From Parcubacteria group bacterium GW2011_GWA2_47_7 (GTDB taxonomy: Bacteria; Patescibacteriota; Minisyncoccia; Phycocordibacterales; UBA6899), in assembly GCA_000999395.1 (NCBI GenBank), contig LCOM01000005.1:553-26450 (forward strand): a DNA stretch of 25,898 bases. Direction: 5' to 3'. This document shows positions 15,594 through 23,975 of the stretch, one piece after another (positions within the stretch are counted from its first letter, which is position 1; the number at the start of each line of letters is the position of its first letter). The notes under the pieces were generated by a model. It had not been told where the DNA came from, did not search any database, and saw only the letters and a list, made by a program, of their open reading frames with translations. The position numbers and the translations under genes are program-made.

Positions 15594-17568
15594 CGGGATT
15601 CAGATCTATCTCGGTGATATTGGGGTTTTCTGCGGCGATGTTGCCAATAGAGACGAGTAATTGTGCGAGTGCCTCCTTATCGACAGACTCGGAACCGCGG
15701 AACCCTTCGAGATACTTCACGCCGGCGATCTCATCGATCATTGCCCGGGCTTCTTCCTCCGAAAACGGCGCAATACGCATAGCTACGTCACTTAAAAGCT
15801 CAACGAAAATTCCTCCAAGGCCAAAAACGATGACGGGGCCAAACGTCGCATCGCGCTTCATGCCGATGATAATCTCTTTACCCCTCACCATCGGCTGAAG
15901 AAGCATTCCCTCGATAGTGGCATGGGGCGCTCGTGTTTTCACTCCGGATGTTATTTCATCCCATGTGTTCAAAAGGTTTTCTTTTTCTATATTGAGTCGA
16001 ACCGCCTGCACATCCGTTTTGTGTATCACGTCCTGCGAGACCACTTTCATGGCAATCTTTTCCACCCCCAGTGCGTCAAAAACACTTTGCGCTTCTTCTC
16101 GTGTTCTTGCGAGCGAACCAAAAACCGTCAGCCCATACTTCTCGAGTAATGCTGTTGAATCCGCATAGGAGAGCATCGCAGCCGTCGACGGCGTATGCTT
16201 TATTGAATGTGACGTCGATTTCTTCTTTGGTGTCAGCGCATCGAGTGCAAAAATGGGGTCCGAGGGTAGATCAAAGTTCACCATACTGTTTGTGAGGAGC
16301 ACATCAATACCCGCACGCATCACCTCACCCCCCATGAAGACCGGGATGATGGGCTTGATACTTTTGAACGACACGAGTATGTCAGCGATTGCTTTTGCGT
16401 CGGTCATCATTTGCGGAGTCACGATAACAATAATCGCATCCACGTCGTCTCGTGCAGAAACAATATCGAGTGCGGACTTATACCGATCAGCGCCGGCATC
16501 ACCGATCACATCGATTGGATTCCCTACCGCCGCCATAGGGGGGAGGACTTTGTGCAGTGCATCTTTCGTTACTTCATCAAATTGCACGAGTTCCATTGAT
16601 TCAGAGAGCTCCACGAGGTCGGCGGCATTCACTGAGGGACCTCCCCCGTTCGTGACAATGACGAGGCGTGTTTTTGCCCCCCAATCAGTTCCAAGCGAAA
16701 GTAATTTTGCCGCATTGAAGAGATCACGTAATGAGGTCACGGTTGCAATACCCGACTGACGACATGCAGCAGTAAATATCGCATCCTCCGGCGCAAGTGA
16801 ACCCGTGTGACTCATGACTGCAGCACCGCCACGTTCCGAACGCCCTGATCGCAAAAGCACAATAGGTTTCTTTTTTGTTTCAATAATATTTTTTGCGATG
16901 GCAAGTAAGTGTGCACCGTCAGACACATGTTCGACGTAGAGCAGTATCGCTTTTGTCTCCGGATCATTGCCGAGATATTCGAGCATGGCCACTTCCGTGA
17001 TACCGGCTTCGTTTCCCAAACTGACAAATTTTGAAATACCCACTCCCTCGGAGCGTGACCACTCAATAAATGACGTACCAATAGCCCCAGACTGAGAGAT
17101 AAACCCAATCGAACCGGGCAAAGGTTTGTGGAGCGCGATTGAAGCATTGAGATCACTGTTTCCGTCTATAACACCGAGACAGTTCGGTCCAAGGAACGGA
17201 ATCCCCGTATCTTTTCCAATAGCAGTTAGTTCATTCTCAAGTATCTTCCCCTCAGCGCCCTCTTCTTTAAAACCCGCCGAAATAACCACCGCAGCCCTTA
17301 CTCCCTTCGCAACACACGCACGAAGCGTATCGGGTACCAAGTTCGCTTTGACTGCAATAACAGCAAGGTCAGGACTCCCTGGTACATCCGAAAGCGACGC
17401 GTACGCAGGCACCCCCAGCACGTCTTGATAATTGGGAGTGACCGGATAGATTGTCCGCTTCCCCCCGGCAAGAAGATTCTTCATGATGGCCGAACCCACG
17501 TGCCCTTCTTCGGGACGCGCACCAATCACGATAACTGATTCGGGATGAAAAAATTTCTCAATATCCAT
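15544..17568 (-). CDS. ADP-forming acetyl-CoA synthetase (acetate--CoA ligase, fused alpha/beta ACD)
   Basis: From ATG 17568 the product reads MDIEKFFHPESVIVIGAR...VISAGFKEEG...GPNCLGV...ISQSGA, followed by a C-terminal ATP-grasp domain. The start is 7 nt after the OFOR beta stop codon. Confidence 0.9.
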   Translation of the reverse strand: MDIEKFFHPESVIVIGARPEEGHVGSAIMKNLLAGGKRTIYPVTPNYQDVLGVPAYASLSDVPGSPDLAVIAVKANLVPDTLRACVAKGVRAAVVISAGFKEEGAEGKILENELTAIGKDTGIPFLGPNCLGVIDGNSDLNASIALHKPLPGSIGFISQSGAIGTSFIEWSRSEGVGISKFVSLGNEAGITEVAMLEYLGNDPETKAILLYVEHVSDGAHLLAIAKNIIETKKKPIVLLRSGRSERGGAAVMSHTGSLAPEDAIFTAACRQSGIATVTSLRDLFNAAKLLSLGTDWGAKTRLVIVTNGGGPSVNAADLVELSESMELVQFDEVTKDALHKVLPPMAAVGNPIDVIGDAGADRYKSALDIVSARDDVDAIIVIVTPQMMTDAKAIADILVSFKSIKPIIPVFMGGEVMRAGIDVLLTNSMVNFDLPSDPIFALDALTPKKKSTSHSIKHTPSTAAMLSYADSTALLEKYGLTVFGSLARTREEAQSVFDALGVEKIAMKVVSQDVIHKTDVQAVRLNIEKENLLNTWDEITSGVKTRAPHATIEGMLLQPMVRGKEIIIGMKRDATFGPVIVFGLGGIFVELLSDVAMRIAPFSEEEARAMIDEIAGVKYLEGFRGSESVDKEALAQLLVSIGNIAAENPNITEIDLNPVIVTKDHAYIVDARLM

Positions 17569-17575
17569 AATAGCT

Positions 17576-18352
17576 CTAGAGTTGCTCCTCAAACGTTGGC
17601 TTCAAGACTTGATAGAAAATACCCATAGGAATCTTTCCGTCTGATTGTTTTGTCGCATGATATGCCGCATCAAGGTTCGTCACGTCATGATCTTCCGGGA
17701 GCCATGCGATGTTGTCCTTATAAAAATCACGCGTATCAAAAAAAGTAATGCAAGGCTGTGCAATATCGATGAAAGACATACCTTTGTGCGCCATTGCCGC
17801 CTTCATGATGTCTTTTGTCTTCCCCATCTCACCAGCGTAGGTACGCGCAACGAATGTCGCGCCCGCATTCATCATCATGCGTAGTGGGTCAATAGGGTCC
17901 TCGATAGAACCAGTGGGACGCGTTAGTCCCTTGAACCCTTTCGGCGAAGTTGCCGTTGCTTGCCCAGTTGTGAGTGCAAAAATCTGATTGTCGTGAATAA
18001 ACACATTGATATCCGAATTGCGCTGGGCGGAATGGATAAGGTGTGACAGTCCCTCCGAATATGAATCCCCGTCACCGGAAAAAGCGACAACAGTGAGTGA
18101 TGGATTTGCCGCCTTCATACCCTCTATCGGAGGAATGGAGCGACCATGGAGCGCATTGAACGTATTCATGTTTAAGTAGTCGAGTATCTTCGCGTGACAT
18201 CCGACCCCCGCTGAGGCAACAATATTTTCCTCCTTAAGCGTTCCGGCTTCGCACATCTCAGTGACCGCCTTACGGAACGCAACAAGTATTTGATTATTCG
18301 GGCAGCCGGGACACCAAGAGATCTTGGAATGTGTAGCAAGTTCCATGGTCAT
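17576..18352 (-). CDS. 2-oxoacid:ferredoxin oxidoreductase (OFOR), beta (TPP-binding) subunit
   Basis: Motifs are WCPGCPNNQI, GVGCHAKI and the TPP motif FSGDGDSYSEGLSHLIHSAQRNSDINVFIHDNQIFALTTGQ. The start overlaps the alpha subunit stop as ATGA. Confidence 0.9.
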   Translation of the reverse strand: MTMELATHSKISWCPGCPNNQILVAFRKAVTEMCEAGTLKEENIVASAGVGCHAKILDYLNMNTFNALHGRSIPPIEGMKAANPSLTVVAFSGDGDSYSEGLSHLIHSAQRNSDINVFIHDNQIFALTTGQATATSPKGFKGLTRPTGSIEDPIDPLRMMMNAGATFVARTYAGEMGKTKDIMKAAMAHKGMSFIDIAQPCITFFDTRDFYKDNIAWLPEDHDVTNLDAAYHATKQSDGKIPMGIFYQVLKPTFEEQL

Positions 18353-20079
18353 GATATTTTCAGTTTATCCTGTAATTCTTTTGCAAGCGTGGCGGGGTCA
18401 AATGGTCGTGCATCATACTTGAGGATTTTCTCGTCGCACATGATGCCGGTTTTTTCGCGCAACAGCCCGGCGAGCTGCGCGTTGTGGTTCACCTCTACAT
18501 CGATAATTTGATCCGCGCCATCGAGCGCTTTCGCCACCTCTTCCTCGGGGAAGGGTTCCATCCAAAGCACTTGAACGAGGCGAAGTGGGGTATCAATCAT
18601 GGCTGCGGCTTCAAGAACAGGCCCTTTGGTTGAGCCCCAAAAGAGCACGGCAGTCTTTGCAGAGGAATCGCCATAGACTTTTACGGTATCAAAATGGCGC
18701 GCATCGGAACGTATACCTTCCATCTTCTTCCATCGCTTATCCTGCATCGCCCGAACAGTATCCGACTCATCCGATGCGATACCGAACTCGTCATGCTCAT
18801 AACTTGTCGCCTTCACCTTCGTGTTTGACGTGCCGGGGAATGCGAGCGGTGACACACCATCGTCGGCATATTGATATCGGAGATATTCTCCCCCACTCGC
18901 CTTCTTGTGCGGGGTGACCTCTGTATTGCCGGATGGAACAGTAGAGGTTTGATAACTTTCCGAAAGCTGTTTATCCAGAAGGACAATTGCCGGAGTTTGA
19001 AATTTCCACGCGAAGTTGAGAGCGATTTGCCCCGCCATGAATGCTTCCTCAGGGTCTCCCGGCGCGATGACAACACGGGGAAATTCTCCATGACCCGAAG
19101 AAATGACAAATCGTAAATCCCCCTGCGATGTCCTCGTTGCCGCACCTGTCGCGGGACCTTGTCGCGAGGAGATAGCGAGCGCGATGGGAGTCTCACTGAC
19201 TCCGGCAAGTGAGAATGTCTCTTGCATGAGCGCAAGTCCTCCGGTTGCCGTACTGACTGCAACACGCTTTCCTGCATATGCGATTCCTAGAGCCATATTG
19301 ATTACAGTAATTTCATCTTCGGGGTGAATCACTTTTATCTTTCCCTTTGCTGATTCTTTCGCGAGAAAATGAAGAATCGACGATGCTGGGGTCATCGGAT
19401 AGCCAACAAAGAATTCAAGTCCCGCAGAAAGAAATCCGAGAGCGACCGCTTTGTTTCCCTCAAGAAGGACTCCAGTCTGCGTATCAGTATTTTGTATAGG
19501 AAACACAAGACGAGGGGTAAGCCCCGATGCTTTCGCCGCGTCATAACCACGCAGTGCGAGCGCCACATTCATCGTAATCCCTCCAAGAATATCCCCAAAC
19601 ACTTTTCCAAATATTCCCTCGGACTCCTCGCGCGACAGTCCGGCAAAATAGCAGTACGCACCAACTCCAACGGAAGGACCTGCAGCATGCGGTGCACCAG
19701 CCTCTTTCGCCGCCTCGGACATAGGGAGTGAAACGATGTTCTGAGAAATTTCTTTCAGATGCTCTGCGTACGGGCTGTCAATAAAAATAACCGCATCATT
19801 CTTCAAACCATCCCTATGCAAAAGCACTGACTCTGCATTCGTCGCAATAATGACGTCGAGCATAGAGTGGTCGGCATGCACCGGATGATCCCCATAGGTG
19901 AGGCGTGCGTAATTGTGCCCTCCGCGGATAAGTGATGGATATTCAGGGGTCATGTAAACATAACATCCGATATGCTGCACAATCTCGGACAGATGTAGCC
20001 CACCCTCTTTTATGCCGTCCCCCGCGGCACCGCCGACGGCCACTGTCACGAGTGGAGTATTATTTTTTTCTGTTTCCAT
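18349..20079 (-). CDS. 2-oxoacid:ferredoxin oxidoreductase (OFOR), alpha subunit (gamma-alpha domain fusion)
   Basis: From ATG 20079 the product reads METEKNNTPLVTVAVGGAAGDGIKEGG (gamma-like domain), then GYPMTPASSILHFLA...TATGGLALMQE (alpha domain). An alternative ATG lies at 20088. The ORF-track start at 20268 lies across the divergent promoter region. Confidence 0.9.
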   Translation of the reverse strand: METEKNNTPLVTVAVGGAAGDGIKEGGLHLSEIVQHIGCYVYMTPEYPSLIRGGHNYARLTYGDHPVHADHSMLDVIIATNAESVLLHRDGLKNDAVIFIDSPYAEHLKEISQNIVSLPMSEAAKEAGAPHAAGPSVGVGAYCYFAGLSREESEGIFGKVFGDILGGITMNVALALRGYDAAKASGLTPRLVFPIQNTDTQTGVLLEGNKAVALGFLSAGLEFFVGYPMTPASSILHFLAKESAKGKIKVIHPEDEITVINMALGIAYAGKRVAVSTATGGLALMQETFSLAGVSETPIALAISSRQGPATGAATRTSQGDLRFVISSGHGEFPRVVIAPGDPEEAFMAGQIALNFAWKFQTPAIVLLDKQLSESYQTSTVPSGNTEVTPHKKASGGEYLRYQYADDGVSPLAFPGTSNTKVKATSYEHDEFGIASDESDTVRAMQDKRWKKMEGIRSDARHFDTVKVYGDSSAKTAVLFWGSTKGPVLEAAAMIDTPLRLVQVLWMEPFPEEEVAKALDGADQIIDVEVNHNAQLAGLLREKTGIMCDEKILKYDARPFDPATLAKELQDKLKIS

Positions 20080-20086
20080 GTGTCGC

Positions 20087-20095
20087 ATTATACCA
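20087..20095 (-). promoter_or_regulatory. extended -10 box TGGTATAAT, 7 nt upstream of ATG 20079 (leaderless-type)
   Basis: The minus strand reads TGGTATAAT GCGACAC ATG. Confidence 0.55.
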
Positions 20096-20100
20096 GAATT

Positions 20101-20142
20101 CCAAGGTAAAAACGGTGCATAACCAAGAAAAAAGCTGTGCAT
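20101..20142 (+). repeat. two 20-bp imperfect direct repeats with a 22-bp period between divergent promoters
   Basis: CCAAGGTAAAAACGGTGCAT (20101-20120) and CCAAGAAAAAAGCTGTGCAT (20123-20142) match at 16 of 20 positions. The shared pattern is CCAAG...AAAA.C.GTGCAT. Confidence 0.55.
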
Positions 20143-20154
20143 TGCTTTTTGTGG

Positions 20155-20163
20155 TGGTATAAT
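20155..20163 (+). promoter_or_regulatory. extended -10 box TGGTATAAT upstream of the hydrogenase operon
   Basis: It is the same 9-mer as the divergent OFOR promoter. A 19-nt spacer with no visible Shine-Dalgarno sequence precedes ATG 20183. Confidence 0.5.
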
Positions 20164-20182
20164 CCAAATATTCATTACTACG

Positions 20183-20695
20183 ATGGAACCAAATAACAAA
20201 AAAATAGCAATCGGATGGTTCTCCTTCTCCTGCTGCGAAGACAGTACTATCGTATTTACCGAACTCATGAATGATCACTGGCAAGAATGGAAGCATATTT
20301 TTGATTTTCGACATGTCAAAGTGCTCAAAACACACAACATCATGGATGCATTCGACATAGCATTTATTGAAGGAGCTATTGCCTCCCCTGAGCACGTGGA
20401 GAAGCTCAAACACATCCGGAGCATCTCAAAGAAGCTTGTCGCCATTGGTGCATGCGCCGTGACCGGCGGACCGTCTGCCCAACGTAATAATTTTAACGAC
20501 GAACAAAAAGCAAATATCGCGTTTCTTGTCGAACGATTTGGGGCGCTCCCCGAAGTTCTCAAGGTGTCTGACGTGGTGACTGTTGATGCATCCGTTCCAG
20601 GCTGTCCAATGAATACCGACATATTTCTCAAGGCGGTGACCGCATTGATTGCAGAATTTCGACCCGACCTCGCCACACCACCAGTCTCCAATTAA
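20183..20695 (+). CDS. [NiFe]-hydrogenase small subunit, truncated single-cluster form (HydD/delta-like)
   Basis: The 170-aa ORF reads IGWFSFSCCEDS, DIAFIEGAIASPEHVEKLKHIR, VAIGACAVTGG and VPGCPM. It closely parallels my recollection of the N-terminal half of Pyrococcus HydD. It has only four Cys in total and ends about 30 aa after GCPM. Confidence 0.85.
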   Translation: MEPNNKKIAIGWFSFSCCEDSTIVFTELMNDHWQEWKHIFDFRHVKVLKTHNIMDAFDIAFIEGAIASPEHVEKLKHIRSISKKLVAIGACAVTGGPSAQRNNFNDEQKANIAFLVERFGALPEVLKVSDVVTVDASVPGCPMNTDIFLKAVTALIAEFRPDLATPPVSN

Positions 20696-20711
20696 TTTTC
20701 ATTCTCTCACC

Positions 20712-22004
20712 ATGCACACATTCGACTTATCGATGGAGCACATCACCAAGATTGAGGGTGATGCCTCGATCGCAGTAAAGGTAGAAAATGATAAGGTAAC
20801 CGATGTAAAATTTCAAACGGTCGAGTACAAACGTTTCTTCACGGAGGCAATGAAGGGGAAGGCGCTCATGGCAATCCCCGCCCATCTTGCACGTATCTGC
20901 GGTACCTGCTCAAATGCACACATCATGGCCGCGATTGAGGCCTGTGAAGACGCGCTCGACATCACCCCCTCAGAGCAGACCGATGTATTGCGCGCTCTGA
21001 CCATGCATGGACTCACCGTGCGTGACCATGCGCTCCACCTCTATCTTTTTTCACTCCCTGACGTCTACGGCAAAGATGCCTTCCTCGATCTCGACGAAAA
21101 CATTCCCGAAGAACACCAGATACTCCATGATGGCTTCGAAATTAAAGCGGCGGGCAACTTCCTCGCAACTCTTGTTGCCGGTCGCTCGGTACACGCACAG
21201 TACCCGACCATCGGCGGCTTCCTCCACTTCCCCGACAAGGCTGGTATCGATGAGGCGGTTGCAAAGCTTGCCGCAGTGCGCCCTGCAGCCCTACGCCTTA
21301 TTAAGATATTCCAAGACCAGCCGTTTCATTTCGACCGAAAAATGCATTTTCAAGCACTTATTCCTGACGGTAACTTTGGGTATATTAAAGGCTCTATTCG
21401 CACAAGTCGCGGAGAGGTATTCCCCGAAAAGGAATATCGCAATCTCCTTGAGCACGTTGTCCTTCCCTATTCTCAGGCTTCCGCATACCAGTACAAGGGA
21501 GAAAGTTATTTTGTGGGCTCTTTGGCACGTCTCAATATCGCAAAAGACAAACTGCACCCCAAGACGAAGGAATCTATTCCTGACACACTCGCACTCTTCC
21601 CATCAACCGATGTATTCCACAACAATCTCGCACAAGCCGTTGAGATACTCCACTCCATAGATGAAGCAATTGAGCTCCTCACAACGCGCACATTTGTCCA
21701 TGAACCGCTTATCAAGAAACCTGCACGAGATGCTGTTGGTATCGGAGTTGTCGAAGCACCTCGCGGAACGCTCTATCATAAAATAGTCTTAAGTGCTGAC
21801 GGAACAATTAAGGAGGGTGAAGTCATCGTTCCGACGGGACAAAATCAGATAAATATCGAACAAGACGTAGGGAAGCTTGTTGAGAACCTCATCGCAGGGG
21901 GAATGGAGAAGGAAAAAATGCCCATGGAAATGGAGAAATTAATCCGCGCCTATGACCCCTGCATGTCCTGTGCGGCACACTTTCTCAAAGTGAAGTGGGC
22001 ATAG
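20712..22004 (+). CDS. [NiFe]-hydrogenase large (catalytic) subunit, group-3-like by size
   Basis: From ATG 20712 the protein is 430 aa. It has the N-terminal Ni-Fe ligand motif RICGTCSNAH and the C-terminal DPCMSCAAH motif. A 7-aa tail (FLKVKWA) follows, of the kind removed by the maturation protease. Confidence 0.93.
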   Translation: MHTFDLSMEHITKIEGDASIAVKVENDKVTDVKFQTVEYKRFFTEAMKGKALMAIPAHLARICGTCSNAHIMAAIEACEDALDITPSEQTDVLRALTMHGLTVRDHALHLYLFSLPDVYGKDAFLDLDENIPEEHQILHDGFEIKAAGNFLATLVAGRSVHAQYPTIGGFLHFPDKAGIDEAVAKLAAVRPAALRLIKIFQDQPFHFDRKMHFQALIPDGNFGYIKGSIRTSRGEVFPEKEYRNLLEHVVLPYSQASAYQYKGESYFVGSLARLNIAKDKLHPKTKESIPDTLALFPSTDVFHNNLAQAVEILHSIDEAIELLTTRTFVHEPLIKKPARDAVGIGVVEAPRGTLYHKIVLSADGTIKEGEVIVPTGQNQINIEQDVGKLVENLIAGGMEKEKMPMEMEKLIRAYDPCMSCAAHFLKVKWA

Positions 22005-22087
22005 CACAAAGCGCAACGGATGCCACTCGTGACAAATACTTCAACGTGAAGAAAAAAACTTTCGTTATTATTCCTGATAAGCGGGAA

Positions 22088-22333
22088 CTATAAAAAGATC
22101 TTCCAGAGACTAAAGACCGCGATAAACGCCCAGACCACATTTAATGCGAGCGATGCCCATGCTGCTTTTTTTATCGTGTAGTATATAAACGCTGCACCAC
22201 CCGAGAGATTCATCAATTGGTACCAAGCATTATCGGCGAGCACATAGTCAAACGATATAAAAAAATACGCGCCAAGTATCATAAGCATCCCAAAGACTCC
22301 GATTATCTCGAGCAACAATGCTTTGTGTTTCAT
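22088..22333 (-). CDS. small 3-TM membrane protein (81 aa), family uncertain
   Basis: It has three hydrophobic segments and a central YQLMNLSGGAAFIYYTIKK motif. It resembles small conserved membrane proteins common in reduced genomes. Confidence 0.6.
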   Translation of the reverse strand: MKHKALLLEIIGVFGMLMILGAYFFISFDYVLADNAWYQLMNLSGGAAFIYYTIKKAAWASLALNVVWAFIAVFSLWKIFL

Positions 22334-22339
22334 GTCTTC

Positions 22340-22348
22340 ATATTATCA
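22340..22348 (-). promoter_or_regulatory. extended -10 box TGATAATAT, 6 nt upstream of ATG 22333 (leaderless-type)
   Basis: The minus strand reads TGATAATAT GAAGAC ATG. Confidence 0.5.
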
Positions 22349-22526
22349 TGACGAACGACCAAAACGGGAGGAATTTGCCTATCTGCGCATGCCAGGAGCC
22401 ATGAAGCCAAACATATGAAGAGATAAGGTTATTGGGCTTATTTATGAAAATCCCCACGGTTGAGTAGTCATTCATTATTAACGACGTGAATGCTAGTACT
22501 ATTCCATAACCCTTCTTTGCATTGGA

Positions 22527-22535
22527 TGATACAAT
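22527..22535 (+). promoter_or_regulatory. extended -10 box TGATACAAT, 9 nt upstream of ATG 22545
   Basis: The plus strand reads TGATACAAT AATTCCCAT ATG. The spacing is slightly long for a strictly leaderless start. An alternative ATG lies at 22560. Confidence 0.4.
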
Positions 22536-22544
22536 AATTCCCAT

Positions 22545-23606
22545 ATGGGCTCGCCAGACATGTCACTTTTCGCACGATTTAGAATAAAAGTATTCGGAGA
22601 AAATCCACAACCTTCAGTGCGGCGAGGGGCGATGCTTCTCACTGTGCTTATCTTTCTGAATATTCTTATCGGCGTCGCGACTATCATACTCGGTGCACGC
22701 TACCCCATCTTGACCGGACTCGCGGTGCTTTCATGGGGATTTGGACTACGACACGCAATGGATGCGGATCACATCGCAGCCATCGACAATGTCACGCGGA
22801 GACTTTTATACCGCGGTAAACCCTCCGTCGGCGTCGGACCGTATTTTTCACTCGGTCACTCAACGATTGTTCTTCTCCTCACCATCCTCATCGTCTTCTT
22901 TACTCCGCTCATGAATGCGCACTTTGAATCGTGGAAGGAAATCGGTGCTGTCGTCGGAGCTATTATTTCATCAGTCTTTCTTCTCCTTATCGGTATTATT
23001 AATCTCGGCGTACTCTATAAACTTATTGGAGCATGGCGCGATCTCAGGGTGGGAAAAGTAAATTCCTACCACGGACACATGCATCTCGGCGGACCAGTCG
23101 AAAAATTGTTTCGCCCGCTTATTAAATTGGTCGACCACAGTTATAAAATGTATTTCATCGGATTTCTCTTCGGGCTCGGCTTTGACACAGCGACGGAAGT
23201 CGGACTTCTCGCCATCTCCGCGCTCGCGGTCGCAACGGTTCCGCCGTGGGCAGTCATTCTCCTCCCCCTCGCATTCATGGCGGGTATGACACTGCTCGAT
23301 ACAATAAACGGACTTTGCATGCTCGGCATCTATTCGTTTGGGGTCTTCGACGAAAAGCGTCGCATATTCTATAACATCAACATGACCCTTCTTTCGCTCT
23401 CGTCTGCGCTTCTCATTGGAGGCACTATTGGACTGCGGCTCATTGCGGAATATCTCGAACTGACGGGAGGAATATTTTCCGTCGCACGACAGCTCTCACT
23501 CGACAACCTCGGCTACATCCTCGCCACATTGTTTGTTGCAAGCTGGCTCATCGCTTTTTTCGGACTTCGCACAAAACAATCTAGTGAGGAAGTACTTCTT
23601 TCATAG
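22545..23606 (+). CDS. NiCoT-family nickel/cobalt permease (HoxN/HupN/NixA type)
   Basis: The 353-aa polytopic protein carries the NiCoT signature in TM2: RHAMDADHIAAIDNVTRRL. It also has LGFDTATEV. Confidence 0.9.
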   Translation: MGSPDMSLFARFRIKVFGENPQPSVRRGAMLLTVLIFLNILIGVATIILGARYPILTGLAVLSWGFGLRHAMDADHIAAIDNVTRRLLYRGKPSVGVGPYFSLGHSTIVLLLTILIVFFTPLMNAHFESWKEIGAVVGAIISSVFLLLIGIINLGVLYKLIGAWRDLRVGKVNSYHGHMHLGGPVEKLFRPLIKLVDHSYKMYFIGFLFGLGFDTATEVGLLAISALAVATVPPWAVILLPLAFMAGMTLLDTINGLCMLGIYSFGVFDEKRRIFYNINMTLLSLSSALLIGGTIGLRLIAEYLELTGGIFSVARQLSLDNLGYILATLFVASWLIAFFGLRTKQSSEEVLLS

Positions 23607-23970
23607 AAGAGACTATTTTCGTGAATGCTTCTTCTTCATTCATTTTCGGTGGAACACCAATAACGACAACCCCTTTCAACTTCCCCAACTTTGCAAGATA
23701 GCGTAGGTTGAAAAGTGCGTCAAAGTCATGCACGGAAACAGTGGGTGATGTATCAAATTCATCGAGCGAATGAAAAACATGTATTTCAGAAAGACCGACG
23801 ACCGTATCGATGAGCACAAATGGGTCGGGAATAGCCCACTCCTCATTCGGGTCGAGTGCAATAAAGTGGACATCAGGAAACTGAGCAGAAAATCGAGGAA
23901 GAAGACGGAGCGGTATAGCGTCCATCACAATATCGGGATTCCCGAAAACGTGAATGATGGGATATGACAT
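23581..23970 (-). CDS. hydrogenase maturation endopeptidase (HycI/HybD-like), divergent
   Basis: The 129-aa ORF shows HVFGNPDIVMDAIP (GN...D), FVLIDTVVG (D), VSVHDFD (H) and VVVIGVPP. These align with the metal-ligand pattern of HycI/HybD as I recall it. Confidence 0.75.
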   Translation of the reverse strand: MSYPIIHVFGNPDIVMDAIPLRLLPRFSAQFPDVHFIALDPNEEWAIPDPFVLIDTVVGLSEIHVFHSLDEFDTSPTVSVHDFDALFNLRYLAKLGKLKGVVVIGVPPKMNEEEAFTKIVSSMKEVLPH

Positions 23971-23975
23971 GACTG

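Noticed and set aside
21007-21660. 217-aa same-strand alternative-frame ORF inside the hydrogenase large-subunit gene. Similar internal ORFs occur in ppsA, ACD and OFOR alpha, for example 16253-16759 and 18813-19277.
   Set aside because: These are Ser/Thr/Arg/Pro-rich off-frame translations of clearly identified genes. I see no independent evidence for overlapping genes.
22338-22544. 68-aa minus-strand ORF filling the gap between the 81-aa membrane gene and the NiCoT gene
   Set aside because: Its start would abut the NiCoT ATG with zero spacing. It also covers the predicted promoters of both flanking genes (22340-22348 and 22527-22535). Its composition is not protein-like.
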